DNA of 64,000 bases. Source: Phoronis australis (taxonomy: Eukaryota > Animalia > Phoronida). Below the pieces are notes generated by a model that ran no database searches, was not told the origin of the DNA, and was given only the letters and a program-made list of their open reading frames with translations. Below are positions 27,871-42,715 of this stretch, in pieces. The first letter of the stretch is position 1, and each line of letters begins with the position of its first letter. Made by a program: the position numbers and the translations under genes. Location: the NCBI GenBank assembly GCA_002633005.1, contig NMRA01000120.1, forward strand, positions 377,056-441,055, read 5' to 3'.

Positions 27871-29115
27871 TAACTGAGTGGGAGACTGCATGTGTTACAA
27901 AGTGGCAAAACAACCTCAGGACAAGGTAGCGATAGGTACCTTGTTTATCGCAAAGTATTGGTGTGGTTCACATACTCAAGGGCTTACCTGTCAATTACCG
28001 GAAATAGATTGGAAACTAAGGGAATATGGAGTGCCTCGGGAATATGCTTAAAAACAACACTTTGTGAAAAATCATAACAAATTCTTTGTTGAATCACCGT
28101 TTTAATTAAAGGTAAAACTAAATGCAATGAAGAAACCTAGAAAATGTCAATTTTGTGAAGACTGCGCCGATCTTTAGACTTTAAGAGACTGATAATTTGC
28201 GTAGTCAAAAGAATTTTCTCAACTTGCCAGTTTGATTTTTTGAGATTCCATGATGTTTGTGCACTTCAGTTTACAAGCAGAAATACAGTGGCATAATTCT
28301 GGTGTCGGCTTGAATACAACTGGATGACCCTCTTCTCAGAACTTAAAAGATGTACAAAACAATGGGGACAAATACTGCGCAATATCTTTTGATCTATAAA
28401 TCTATGTGTGGGAATAAATATTGTTTCAGCTTTTCTTTCGACATTTCTGTGAAGGATAAAACTTATTGATTTGTTGTTGGCAGCAGTTGAGAGACCTCTC
28501 GTGCATCTGTAATGTACTGGAGAAGTCAGCTTGGCTGGAGGCTGTAGTGTATTCATGTCCAATGTGCTTCAGCACTAAATGCCTTATGTAAGACAGTATA
28601 TGGGCTGGCAGTCCTACCTGTAGAATGTTAAGCACATAATGCACTTGACATTGTAAGGAAGCCTGGAAAGTGATCCTATTATGTGTGTTGTTGAGGTATG
28701 TGATTTCTGCTCTAGCACTGGAAACAGCTTGTTGATAAGTGCAGTTCTTTCTGTGAATTAGCAAAAAGCAAAATTAGGTCACTAAAACAAATTTGAACCC
28801 TGTTTGTTTTTTTTGCCCAGAGGGAACCTGCCGTGAGTCAAAAGGAAGAGGAAACCCATAGAATTTTGACAAATGTTCAATTCAGTGACAAAGTTTACGA
28901 AACAAATGTTGTAATGAGTCATATATGTCGCTTTGTAATATGTTTTCAATGAATAAATGTTTGTTTTTCTGTTTTGATTATTCTGTTTGATTTTGTTTCT
29001 ATAATGTTATATTTAGCTGCAATTTATATTGGACTGTATCATTATTTACCGGTAGTTAAATTTTCAAAATAAAAAGAGTCCTGTGGACAGGGTCTAATAA
29101 TAACAGGTGACCATA

Positions 29116-29518
29116 GGCCCGTTTAGACATCAACTTTTGGCCGGGCACAACTGACACGGGGCAAATTGATCGGTGTTAAGTGTCCATTTACACACACAAC
29201 TTACTAACTGTGACAAGACGGAAATTGTAGGCTGAAGAGTGGAAGGCATATATGCGTAGGTTTACATATAGCGGGAGTTGCAGAGACAGAGAACCAGTAT
29301 ATAGGTCATTGCACAAACACAATAGTGATGATCCTTTCCACCTTGCCCCAGTTTTGCGTTAAGACATATAATTGACACGGAGCAAGATGATCGAGGGGTG
29401 GCAAAAGTTGTCACCGCAGTGTCAATTTGCTTCAGGTCAGTCCTGTTCACATGCATACTTGTGCTAGAACATCTCCGTGTCAGCTGATCGGTGTCAACTT
29501 TTGTAGTGTAAACGGCAC
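29116..29518. mobile_element. MITE with Harbinger-like TIRs
   Basis: ggcccgtttagac ... gtgtaaacggcac; internal tgacacgg / ccgtgtca inverted motifs. Confidence 0.55.
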
Positions 29519-32299
29519 TCCTGACAAAACTGGGTCAGCAAAGCAAGTGAGCCACCTGGTGTGGGCATTAGTGTCTGCAGTGAAGCACATGTTGTAGTAG
29601 GTGGTGTGATCTGCTGTGGATCTACCGTATTACTTTTTTGTTTAAAATTAGAAAAGGGTTACATTAATACCCCCAACTCCACAAGACTGTGGTTTCCATA
29701 TCTAGATATCAATCAGATGTGAAGTCGTACCCTATTTAAACTGGTGAAACTTGTGAACAAAAATAAAGATGATTATTAAAATCGTGTGCATGCCTTTTTA
29801 ATTATTTTTACTTTGTTTTTTGTCGTCTGTCTCTCTATTGACCAAACAACACTAGAGTAAGAACTGTTACGGAAATTGGTATACGTGTTCTTACTGGGAA
29901 GAGCATGACTAACAATGATTTTTGGACCCTTGTGACTGATGTGGCGCCCTCTAATGACACAGTTATGCTTTTTTCATATCTACAGCTGTTTCACCTAAAC
30001 TGCTGTAGGATGTTTGTGAAATTTGGCAAGTGTATTTCTAAGAACACGACGAGGACTTAGACGTATCCCACTATGATACCACTGTGCCTCCTGGTGCAAC
30101 TTTTAAATTTATGGTCTTGGTAGGTTTGTTCCTTTGGAACAGAGCATTGCTGACTTGCTATTCACCCCATAGAGCTACTTTAAGTTTACTAGCATTGCTC
30201 CATTTAGTGGGAATGTTTGAAATAATAATCATCCCTTGTATCCACAATCCATGTACACTGTGGGTGCGTATCAACGCTCTGCGTTGCTCTTGTTCTGACT
30301 GGTCGCCGACGCATTTCTAATTGGTCGAATAAAAATCCGTAACCTGTATTAGATGCTGTAAAAGTAGGTGGTTCTTGTATTGTAAATAACTTGTCACAGT
30401 GTAGACATTTCTTTCATTTTCTTTGACGATTGAAATGACGAATCACAAGGTCAGTATTCATTGCCATCTGACCTGAAATGTGAGAAATGACGTCTGGGAT
30501 TGGTGTATTTGTTCGAATTCAGTTATCTCCGACAAACGTTGCTGTATTGTCAAAATAACCAAGCAGGGACGATGTACTTTTTAAGAAAAATGGTTTTTTG
30601 AGGTGGAGGTTAACTACAGTTTTTGCCATATTATTCTAAAAAATGTCTTAGTTTTGCACAAAAGGCATCATCGATAGGAAGGTACAAGTTGAGCTAAGCA
30701 GCTTTCACGTGCAGCACTCATGGTGACTGCACCAACTATGTACAGCGTGTCGTCATTGAGGGAAGGGTTGGACAATCAGCAATTGCTGAGTTTTGGAACA
30801 TGAAGAATGAAGCCAACAGCTGCGACTGCTTAGTCTCAGGTGTAAAAACAGTGAAAGCGGAGGCATTTCCAATTTTTTATCGCTCATGGCTACAAATACG
30901 TTGACAGATCTGCTAACTAATGGGTTGTAGGTGTGATTACTTTCTAGCGTGGCGGCGTTTGATTATTCTCTAAAATTGGCTCTAGAGTCTACTTCAATAA
31001 AATTTTATCGTATGCGTTGTGTTTAAAACGTAAGAAGCTAGACAAGTGCCTAATAAACGCGCAGTCATTGCTCTTTGTTATTAAAAAGATGCTGTTAAGT
31101 GTCCTGTCTCTCTGCTGAAGTCTTCACATTTTCTAAAAAATCTGCATATCTGGTTGGTAGAATTATTCCAAGCAATGTTGATGAATTTCAATGCTTAGTT
31201 GTAGTGATGACTAAAAAAGGAGACCAGGCAAAAAAAACAATCATTTGAAATTTACCCTGAAAGTTTTCTTTGAAATTTCACCTATTTTCGACAAGACAAA
31301 GTTTCATCAACTTCCTTTTTAAACCTAATCTAAGCATTTGAAACTCTGTTCCTCTTGAGAGTGGTCAGACTTTCTGTTTTTGTAAACATGAAAAATTGTC
31401 AGCAATTTCTCTCTCTTTCATGGGAATCTCATTTTTGGATGCACCTGCAACTTTGGATATGTCGTACATTTGGTGTTTTGTCATTTTGGTCACTGACTTT
31501 TGTTCTGTTGGTGAATGATTGTAATTTTGGGAGGTGAAATTCTCGTGGGTATGCCCTGGGTATCTTATTCCTAGGTTCGTAGCTTTTATGGCTCTACTCT
31601 CTGTTGTGACTACTTTAGCGGTGTAGTCACTTAAAATAACTTCTGCACTTGCTAACAAATAATACCTTCCACCACTATAACAGTTTTGAATTCATACCTA
31701 TTTCCGTAAGGTTTTCTTCCTATTAATTGTGAACTTTGTTTCTAAATTGGGTTATTTGCGTTAATTTTCTGGGCAAAGTCTCCGGTATCATAGCATATCC
31801 TCCTAACAGGTTTATTTCTTATTAGATAATTAGATATGACAAAATTTCAACAATAAAATGAGCAATGTAGTGAATAAGGGGTTTTTTCAACAGCACCAAA
31901 TCGATGTTGATCAAATAATAACAGCTATTGTCGCGTTGGACTGTTTTGAGAAATTATAGGCACTCTCATCAACGTTAAATGTAAGCCTTTAGAAATGATC
32001 AAATTGTTGTATGAAATTAGTGAAATTTTATCGTAGGCTAGTAAAATCTTCGACCCTTTTAGTATTAAGTAGCAACCAAGATTGGAGACTCATTGGTTTC
32101 TCTTTGTGTATTTCAGTTCATTTATAAATTGTGACAGGGACAGTGTCAGCTTAGAATTGTAAGAAGGGTCACAGCTAAAATGGTCGTGAGCACAATTATG
32201 GCCTAGGTGACGGTATATTTTCGCAGGAGCAAAATATTGCTGCATACATTAACATTATGGCTCGCATTCAATTTGGAGAGCCACCTTCATGTGAAGTCA

Positions 32300-32700
32300 T
32301 AGAAAAATGTCCAAATTTGACCAACTTCGGAGCATCGTATCTCAAAAACGGCTGACTGTATTCGTATGAAACATTCACATACTACGCTTTAAGGACTGTT
32401 CTCGCTGTTAGGATTTTTTAATTGTTTTAATTTTGGATGAAGTGTTATCAAAAATAGAGTTTTTCTGATTTTCGTGAAAGAATTAAAATTGCATCAAACA
32501 AAAAGGAAATATTTTAGAAAACCATTACAATGTTTTTGAGACCTCAAATAAATCTTGATCTTACTATTGATACCTCCGGTTTGCTATCAATATACCTTGC
32601 TTTTATGTTAAAGTTTACCAAAAAGGCATGGTCACGTGACACAAATAATTGGAGATGGGTAAAAAGTCAAAAATCAAATTCCACTAGCTGTCTGTATTTA
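32300..32700. repeat. Dispersed repeat (family F), second copy
   Basis: Colinear similarity with 25700-26090 through catggtcacgtgac. Confidence 0.55.
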
Positions 32701-35700
32701 GATAATATGTTACTTTTTACTGGATTAAAATCCATAGCATTTTAGATATGTTTCTAAATACACAGAGCTGTCATTGTGGTCCCACATTATCTTAATGAAT
32801 TCTTTGCCAATGGAAATTGAAAATATTATTACCTAACTTAAGGCGGGACTGACGCCTTAAACAGGCCCCTCTGTATTGGACCGCATGGCCAGGACAGGGC
32901 ACTTATTTAGCTCACAAGTGGCAGACAAGTGAAATTCTCGGGTTTTTTTTTTTCAAATTTCCATAAAAATAAAGAATAAGATAATTTAGTCTGTTACTAC
33001 CATATTTTGTTCCGTATGGAAGTCATTGAACAACTTGTACGTTTCCATTACCAACAAAATTGGCATATGCTAAGACATTTTCCATCTTGGCCTATGCTGG
33101 ACTTAAACCCTGATGGTCTGGTTTTGGGCTCATGACAGAAAACTGTTACGACACTGGTCACTACAGTCTTCACCTTCATTTTGTCCGTCTGTACCTCTTC
33201 TATGCTACAGTGATTACTATGGTGATTACTTGCACACAAGCTCACCTTTCATACGGGTTGCTATGGCGTTTATCTTGTTCACACTCGAGACATCGCGATG
33301 TCTCTCAGTGATATGAATGTTGAGGATTTCTGTTGTTCAGTCACTCATCGGTGACAGTTTGATCTGGTTGGTCTGTGCTATTTATGGGGCTTGCATTATA
33401 AATCGTAAGTGACAGTAACCAACCTTATTAATGGATATTATATTACAATATTAACTTGTGGGTGTGCTGGTACCGTATGGTGTGACATGTTTAGGGATAC
33501 TATAATGAACCATGCATATATATTGAGCTGGTCATGTCATAATTGTAACATTTTGTGTCAGTAATTTGTCAAGGTTACAAGTAAATAAGTTTCAACCAAT
33601 AATAGCTCACATCAGCCATGTGCTTGCTACAGCAGCCGTATGACTAATCAAGCATTACCACATTGTCGTTCCACTAGATATGACAGACTGCAGTGGGAGA
33701 AACATTGCTAGAGGGTTTTTACTCAAGTCAGGCAGCAGGTAGGAGCAGGTCGAAATATAAAGGCTATTGTTGAAATGAATTAAAATTGCCCGAGGAGCTG
33801 CGTTTGTGAGCAAGGCTCATGACTACCAATAAAAAACGACTTGCTCAGAATTAGATGCAAGAGTAGGTCATAATTAGTATTGCTTAGGTAGTCTTGTCTA
33901 GAGTATTTTTTGATATAAAGACCAGCCTTCTGAACTGGTTGACCGACAATGATGTCACTAAGTAAACAGTTAACTTTTCTGGCCAGCCAACCAATTAGTT
34001 ATTGACAGCCAGTGGGAACAGTCTGAATAGTCATTTAGAGCAGGATACCATGTGTTTTTTACCTATAACCTTTCTACAGGCTGATCAGTTCAGGCTGGAG
34101 GTAGCTGTATCTGCTATTCACTTTATGTTGGCACGTTTTTGTGTCTTATCTGCTAGCCTGTAACTGTTCCTGGCTGACCTGACTGGGTTGTTGACCGAGT
34201 GAAGTCATTGGCCTCTAAAACAGTTGAGTCTGGCAGGCTGTTTACTGTTTTTAGCCTGAACAGGTCAACTTAAATACCAGGTTTGCTTGCAGTGGGAGAT
34301 GTTTTGATTTGGCAATACTCTGGGAGAACTTTTATGGCTTGTGTGGGTAGGTTTCATTTTTAACCTGAAATTTATTAAACTTCAGTTGTAAAGTATTAAG
34401 TGTTTCATTATACAGTGTTTGTTGTGGAAAACTAGTGCTATGGGTTAATTGAACCTGGAGTGCATGGGTCACTTTAGGAATGATTGCGCTTATAACTTAG
34501 ATACCACAATGTCCAACAGGATAATTCTTTTTACTGATTCTTCAAGGTTTTTGAATTGGTGTATCGATAGACACAACTTGTGCAAATTATTTGAGATTTT
34601 AACTGACTGTTTGCCAGAATCTTAATGGGGTTGTATAGTAGAATCCTCCTTTGATAGAGGTTTGTTTAACCAATTACTGTATATTCTAGTCTTTTCATGA
34701 TTGGTTCCCAGCTAAATGAAGAAAACACAAATAACTGGGGAGTCTATAAAGATGTTTTCTACAATAATCAGTGTGAAATTGTTCCTCCTGTGTGAGTAAG
34801 CCAATTCTTCCGTTTTAGGCATATTCCTGCTGACCTTGTTCTACACCGCATAAAATTACATGGACGGGATAAACGTAGCAAAATTTAAGAAATATTAGAT
34901 TGTATTTTGAACAGAAGAATGACTGGCCTACTAAAACAGATCCGAAACCGAATCCCTGTAAGTTTTTGCTGTGACTTCCAGAGAAGTTCAACTTTGGATC
35001 TATTTGATGGTGGTTGGAAAAATGCGATTTATGTACATTAAATGTATGAAACCAACAGGCCTGCTTTAATGGAGTCGTCAACTCATTCTGTGTTGAGAGC
35101 TGCAAGTGCTGTTCACTACAATCCTTTGAACATTTCACACAACTGCCGAGAGCAATCTTAAATAGATATTAAACCTTGTTGTGCATTATGGGTTGTTGGG
35201 AGGTCAGGCTACCCTTGGTGTCAATCGGTGTCATGCAACACTTACAGGGAAGATGGATCACCAGTGTCCTTCCTCAGTACAGTGTCATCCATTGATAATA
35301 ACACTCCTGACAAGTATTGGGTATGTGTCATGTAGTGATCACAGTAGGAGTCAACTTTCCTATTTTTGAAGGTTTAAAATGTATTGCAGCAAGTGTTTGA
35401 TATTTTAACAAATGTTTGCTGAGAACAATTAAGTTAAGCACATTTATTAAATATTAATTTTGTTGAAATGTTTGAAAAAATGAAATTTCACTTTTCTGCC
35501 ACACTTTGAGAGAAATTTCAGGTAGTTGGAGAAGGCCTCAGGTACTTGGTCTTTGTTTGACCTAGCGATTTTGTAGACTTGCTGGCATATAAAAAATGAA
35601 CAGATGTGTATGGGTCATGAATTTTAATCAAATTTTGGTTGGAGTTTTTGAACGTGGTTCTGTTAGTACTAAAATTTAAAGCTCAACCACTTTACGACAC

Positions 35701-36020
35701 AATATGGCAGACAGGTGAAAATTTATTTTCCCATTTTTTTCCAAAAAAATATACGAAGTACCAAAATGGTGCCATGTCATTCAAGTTCTGGGGTCTGTTT
35801 CAAGAAACTGACTTCAAGGAGAATGCTGCAAAAAAAAACGTCTTTTGTATCAATTTAGATCCAGTAGATCCAGTAGATCCACTGGATAAAAGCAAGATCA
35901 ATTCTTTTACCTGCTGACACCAGATGGCAGACGGAGGTGCTGAAATTAACCAGTGACGTCATCGGTTCTAACACAGTCTGTTCAGCAGTTCACAACACGT
36001 TTAGTGGTGTCAGCTTATGG

Positions 36021-37365
36021 CTTGACTTCATGGCGTTACCCCAGTAAATCATCAAAATTCGATGCAAAACCCTTACAAATATATTGAGTTTTTTTAAGCA
36101 AATGAGTTGTTTTATTTCGGTATTACAGATGTATAGAAAATTTTAACAAACTGTAGTCTACAAAGTATGGTAGGCCAACTTACCAAGGACGGTTGCGGTA
36201 ATTAAGTTTGGATCTGTGTGGTGATAAATTAGAATTATTCTTCCATGAAATATGGACTGGAAAGCATAGCCGTGTGTTGTGATTTTAAGCTTGCGATTTT
36301 TTTTCAATTGTAAAAACACAAAACACTCGGTATAACCCAGTGGCTCGGAACCCGATCGTGGACTGAAGACATCATGAACATAAACCAGCCGAGTTAGTCG
36401 GCTGCCAAAGTTGAAAACTGGACTTCCAGTCACGAAAAGACTAGACTACTAAATCAAAGAAATAATGTGCACATGAATATTTTGGGGAATTGGCCGGGGA
36501 ATAGCGGAGTTGAAACGCCGACATATTGGAAATGGGTCAGAATGTTGCATTGTGGTTAAGCCGGTAAACAAGTACGTCGGCAAGCGTGGGGGCGAACCGG
36601 CCACAGGGAGGTTATACGTGTTGTGTGCCTGGCATGCTATAATTCCAGTTAGCGAAATAAAAAATTTAGTTACTACCTGTTTCCCAAGGATCAAGATCTG
36701 CGTTAAACATGGGTCAGAGACATCGGTAGAGCTGGTAGCAAAGGCCGACTTCGTGAATTCTTTCCGACTTCGTAGCATAAAGTGTGCAGCGCTCATTTTG
36801 AGGGCGGCAAGAAAACGTATCTTAGAAACTGCCCAACAATATCTCCCTTCAAAGAAACAGTAACAAATACTCCACGGCGGTTNCTTGACTTCATGGCGTT
36901 ACCCCAGTAAATCATCAAAATTCGATGCAAAACCCTTACAAATATATTGAGTTTTTTTAAGCAAATGAGTTGTTTTATTTCGGTATTACAGATGTATAGA
37001 AAATTTTAACAAACTGTAGTCTACAAAGTATGGTAGGCCAACTTACCAAGGACGGTTGCGGTAATTAAGTTTGGATCTGTGTGGTGATAAATTAGAATTA
37101 TTCTTCCATGAAATATGGACTGGAAAGCATAGCCGTGTGTTGTGATTTTAAGCTTGCGATTTTTTTTCAATTGTAAAAACACAAAACACTCGGTATAACC
37201 CAGTGGCTCGGAACCCGATCGTGGACTGAAGACATCATGAACATAAACCAGCCGAGTTAGTCGGCTGCCAAAGTTGAAAACTGGACTTCCAGTCACGAAA
37301 AGACTAGACTACTAAATCAAAGAAATAATGTGCACATGAATATTTTGGGGAATTGGCCGGGGAAT
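36021..37365. repeat. 482-bp duplicated segment around a single N (two haplotypes, with and without an insertion)
   Basis: 36021-36502 repeats at 36884-37365 (offset 863; identical 91-aa ORFs in the track); N at 36883. Confidence 0.9.
36503..36882. mobile_element. Family-B element, truncated at a contig end
   Basis: Starts at|AGCGGAGTTGAAAC; reverse complement of ~4240-4610. Confidence 0.8.
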
Positions 37366-39975
37366 TGCAAATCTACTTGCTTGTTGAGGGCCGCGAAGTC
37401 AGGTTCCCCCACAGAACCCCCAGAGCTGTCAGGACGAACGGATGTATGATAACAATGTTTTGAATAATGAATGTATATCTAAATAAGGATTCCTCTAACC
37501 TCTAAAATCGAGTCATTGTTTCACAACAGCTTTCTGTCGGCAAACACTGAATTAGCATGAGCTCACATGCCCTCAGGTGCCCGGTCGGTCAATTTCACTG
37601 AGTTTTATTGCATCAGAAGTCGGTAACGCAACATTTGCAATCACGAACACTCCAAAGGCATTACAAATTGCATGTACGTGTACGTCAGTTTTATGTAAAC
37701 ATTGGTTGGGGTGAGAATAATTCATTTTGAATCAGAACAATACTGGAGATATGTCACGGCCTTATACTTGGTATTAACGGCATACTTTTCATTCTTTACT
37801 GCCTCGAACTACTTGCGAAGCATTTCCGTTTCTGGAGGAAGTCGAAAAAACAATATACTCGCTTTCCTCGCGGTTTCATGGTTCATACAAGCGGAAACGA
37901 TAGCCATACCATAGCGGCACTCACTTAGCTCAAGAACCAGTGACATCGCTATGTTGTTTACTCACCTTCCTCACACGTGAACGCGACACCTCTCGGCGAG
38001 GTGAGTTCGACCGCATACGAGGTGATGTGGATATAGACTGATTAGGACTGTAAAAGTATGAAATAAATCGGGTGGCATTTTTCTTTATGTTCATTTTTTC
38101 CTTAAGTCTAAGATTTGTCTCGACTTCCAAACTTTGAAGCTTTTACACCTGGTATAATAGTCAAAGTTAAGACAAAACTTAAGTAAAAACTTAAGTAAAA
38201 ACTTCTGTTAAATTTAAGATCTATTTCTTGAAATGGACTTGATGAGACAGATTTAAGTTTTATCTTAAAACTGACTGAAATTTAAGATTTGTCAGTTTTC
38301 TTGAAAAGGCCCCCTGTACCCTGTAACCAGAAAAAATTGTGTGCATTCATTGTAATGTTGGAAGCCCTTAAAAATGAAAAGTGCTTTTTTGCATCTGTGA
38401 TTGTCAGAAATTGGTGAGGTTGCACTTTACCTGGGCTTGTTTACTTAGAATAAATGCTAAAAATAATCAAAATAATTGAGCAAAATACCGTCACGATATC
38501 CGCGTTGTGACTGGGTGATTACTGATCATGACAATCATTGATGGTGGATTCCTCTTGCATTCAGCCACCATGAGGAATTTTAGGTCATTTTGTTTATATA
38601 TACTACACAGGCCTTCATGCAGGGTAGGTCCTACCACTAATCTGGATGCCCTGGCAAGGACGCCCAATGCATTATTTGGACACCACTGTCAATCAGAACC
38701 TTTCACACACATTGTAATGATTACCAGGAAACCCAGTTACTGAAAGAGGCACTCAGCTGAGTGTTGGCTTTTTTCAACTCCAGAAGAAATATACAATGTA
38801 TATACAATGTATACACAATGTTGCCATGTTCAGAGCAAATTGTAAGGGCTGAGTATCCAAAACTTCAGACATTAGCATGTTTAGTTTTCAAAGTTTCTTA
38901 AACTGCTGGCTATGCTCCTAGTGGTCTTGTCTTATACTTTATTTAGTGGTCATACCTTAGTGTAACTCCAAACTGGTGTGTTAGAGCTGTAAGGTCATCA
39001 TTTTCATCATTTTTTAAAACATCAACTACAAAAAATAAATGTCATTATTTTAATATTATATTGTGCCACTAGCATATGTCTATTTAAAATTTTTGAGTTT
39101 GTGCTTGTTTCATGCTTTTCAATGTGCGTTTTAAGGTTTTAATATGGAACATCAATAACACCTGTTGAGAAAATATATATGACACATCATAGTTATGTGC
39201 ATTTTTCTTGTTTTGTAACTGCAGCTCTTATTATTCATTTTACAAAATATTAAAGCTAATTGATAAACTTTATAGCATGGATTTGACTCGAGATCACCAG
39301 AAACACAGTGTACTCAATATCTCTAATATTTGTGTAATAAGCTACTGGCTGTTTTCGTAAATTTAGATGTAAAAGCCTTGGTCCACACACTTTTTTGAGT
39401 AAAAAAGCTCACTACAGAGGGAGGTAAAAGCCTTGGTCTATGCATTTTTTATAAAAAAACCCTCACTGTGTGTGTGGCAGGGGATTGCTGGCGAACGGTG
39501 GTGGGAGTGGCGGTTACGCGTCGTTGGAGTCATGGAAGCCCTGGAATACTCGGAACCCCATTTTGGACACCCTACTTTCGAAATCCTGGATAAAGCCCCG
39601 CTACTCGGGGGGGGGAGGGGGTATTAGTGTCTATTTATTTATTTGTTTATTTATTATTCCAATGTTTACAATGAGGGTAGCCCCATCAGTTCTCACTGCT
39701 TTCCAGGGGTTTGCTTTCTTTCAATAATTATTTATTTTACGTTGAATATCTTCAAAGAAAATTTAGTATCTGGGTATCTAACCCCCGTATCATATCACAG
39801 CAGTTTTGGTAACTCTTGGCCTGAACACTTTAAAACTAGTTTTCAAAGCTGTGACTGTAGCCCGGTTATAACCCTCGCAGTTTAGTTTATTGAGAGGTTT
39901 TAATCATAATTCTTCTAGTGTCTTTTACAATGATATCTTTAATTCATACATTTTTGTTGGGGTGTAAATTACAAT

Positions 39976-40325
39976 GGGCTCTTTCAATACTAAGGTCGAC
40001 GCATCCATGTTTCATGGAGTTGCGGTCTGTATGATCAGTTAACTTTGGTTCAAGTTATCAACCCCGGTTAACTTCTCAGTAAACAGGTGGATTGAAAAGT
40101 GGAGCGTCAACGCTGCAATGCGGTGTGAACAGTCAACTTTGGTCTCATCGAAGTTATCGCCAGGTACCACTGCCATCGTCATTTATTAAAGGGCAGTGCC
40201 GTCGCTAATAGGTGCTTATGTTTTGCTCAAATAATTGTCAGTCGAATTAGAAATAAGTTCTATGTCAATTAGTACATGTAAATTTTCCCAAATTGTCCGA
40301 TTAAAAAGTTCTTGGCGTGCATGTA
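39976..40325 (-). mobile_element. Family-D MITE, partial
   Basis: gggctctttcaatactaa terminus; reverse-complement similarity to 24710-25051; ends where the SINE-like element begins. Confidence 0.7.
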
Positions 40326-40329
40326 ATTG

Positions 40330-40553
40330 CAGGTGGTCTGGTACACGTTGTATGAGACGTGCGCAGACCGTGCATGTGGGCCCATTGCACTGATCATCTG
40401 GAACTATTTTTATGCTTTATTAAGGTATGGTTAAAACGGAGCTGAGGAGCTAGAGACCTGACTCAAGGGCTTAGCAGTGTGGCCCAGTGAGACTTGAACC
40501 CACGGCCTCAAGTAAAGAAGGCGGGCACCTATCACACTAGGCCACACTGCCTC
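40330..40553 (-). mobile_element. tRNA-derived SINE-like element
   Basis: Minus strand reads ggcagtgTGGCCTAGTGtg...gtgGGTTCAAGTCt (Pol III A- and B-box-like), followed by cccttgagtcagg. The 3' boundary is approximate. Confidence 0.6.
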
Positions 40554-41951
40554 ATTCTGGAGTTGCGTTACTATGACAAGGTTTTATGACATTATGGGCA
40601 TGAAATTGGGATCTTTGTTTTCAAATTGATCATAGTTGCTTTATAAAACGGTGAATTTTATGAAGGCATCTTTATAATTCAAATTTTGCAAACTTATCTT
40701 CGCACTAGCTAGTGTCATTGTTGTAATGAACACTTCACTATTGCGTTTTGCTTTGTGCTAGTTGAAAGTGCTCAATCGAGTTTGCTCATCTACCATTTAC
40801 AGCTAATTCTCTGAAGGTTCCTTTTTCTATTTGTTGTACAAGAACGCTGGCACTGGCTAGTAATTAAACATTGTACTACTGCAAGGGTCGCAATGTGACT
40901 TTATATTTTGTTTTGCTATCTTGTAAAATCCCAGGTGCCTGAGACGGTCATCGGCCATTACTGAGTACACAGTGTACTCCTAATTTTCCGTTCAACTGAA
41001 CAAAAATGCCGTCCAACCGATTTCAGGTTTATTGAAGGGCATTTTGGTCAGTCCGCCAGTTCTTCGATGGAGATAGCTGGTTTGCTCATTTTTCAGAACT
41101 TTTACACCCCTCGCTATCAGATTTTCATTGCTTAGCTGATCTCTGTTTCCCATTTGGTGGCCTGAGAATTTTGCCAGGGCGCATTTTGCGAGTTGACATT
41201 ATCTTAAACATCGAGCGTGTGATAGTTTGTCACCTTCTCCCAGTAGTTTTTTCACACTATTACGTCATTTTCAATCCTGTGTTTGATAAAACACCAAGAG
41301 CCACCCATAGGAAGTGTTTATGATTGATGCGCAGATGAAACTATTACCTATTTCCTCATTTGTGCCACAGGAAAATAACTAGGTTGCATGTTGCTGTCAT
41401 TGGTATGGGAAACCATCAAACCTAGCATTAGTATCTCATGTAGTCTTTTGGCATTATGCAAAAGTTACTGAATTTCAATTACGGGGTACTCCCTGTGTAC
41501 AAAGAGTTTTCCAGACCTGAAAAAATAATTGACATTGCATTTAGACTATTAGAAATTTTTCCTCCTGAAAATATTTGTCTGTAATTCTCACAACTTTATT
41601 ACCTTTTTATATGAATATGCAATTTCTATATTTCAGAGGCAAAGCATTTTTCTCAAAATGATACGTAATTTTTTTTTAACAGCTAAATACGTTTTCGTAG
41701 CAAACTATTTGTGCAGAAATTTCACAAAAATGAACTTCCAATTGCTCTCGTATTGGGTCTCAAATTGAACAATGTTTATGGTACTTCAGGGTCTGATGGT
41801 TTATTGTGGTTTGGTTAGCTAGTAATAGTTTGCTTGTATTATTCTTTCAGTTGGACAGATATGCTTTGAGCACCTACTAGTACAGAAAGGTCCTGTCAGG
41901 TAAGAGGCTATGAAACATATTTTCTCCTTTTCGTTGTCAGGATGTGCTCAC

Positions 41952-42715
41952 TACTTGGTGAAATGAAACTTCTCCAATCTTATCGAATCAGTGTGAAATT
42001 TACACACAGCATGTGATTTGTGAGTGACTCAAAGCCTATTGTTTTTTTGGTTAAAATTGTTAAAAGCGGAAACAAGATGGCACTGTGGCAGCCATTTTTC
42101 CATTTTTGTTGTGGAACCAAAACTCCGCTGTTTCTGGTGGGATTTTTCTGATTATTTTCTTTGGATAGGTCATCCAAAGAGCTGTCAAAAGTGTCTATTT
42201 GTTCTTCACTAGGCCTTACTGTTCTTGAGTTTTTTTAAAGTTTTCCGAGGTCTGGTCTCCAAATAACTGAGTTTTTGTACCGTATCTTTTGGTGTCCCTT
42301 GATGGATCTGTCTGAAATTTGGATGTGGATAGCTCTTTTCAAGCACTATCAGCAATGTAAAACTTGTTTCTTGCTACGCCTACTGTTTTCGCGATATTCA
42401 AGATTTACTGCATAGGTGACTGTTCTTTTGTTGGCTAGTTACCTACACCTGCACTTTGTGCTTGAGATTGCATTTTTTGTCTGATCGACATACACTTCAG
42501 GCACAGTGTTCGTTTATTTAATAGCCTAAGGACTTTTGTTCTTGGGCAAAATCGAATGCAAGATGACGTTGATGTGACGGCTATTTTAGAATTGTGTTTA
42601 CAAAGCTCTTGGTCTGGGATCCTTTGACTGAACCTTTTCAATTGTGGTTATCCACCCCACTTGTATTATTTTATTCGATTTCACCAAGTGTCGCTCTTCC
42701 GAGCACTTTCGTTTT
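41952..42715 (+). mobile_element. Helentron/DINE-1-like non-autonomous element
   Basis: Sub-terminal inverted repeats acttggtgaaat (41953) / atttcaccaagt (42678-42689), then a short hairpin gctcttccgagc and a T-rich end. Internal similarity to the copy at 22580. Confidence 0.65.

Noticed and set aside
36158-37296. Duplicated 91-aa ORFs as tandem paralogues (likewise 19836/21091 and 44032/44525)
   Set aside because: They lie in assembly-duplicated non-coding or TE segments and show no recognisable domains.
40470-40553. Functional tRNA gene
   Set aside because: It has A/B-box-like motifs but no convincing cloverleaf, and it continues into a SINE-like body.
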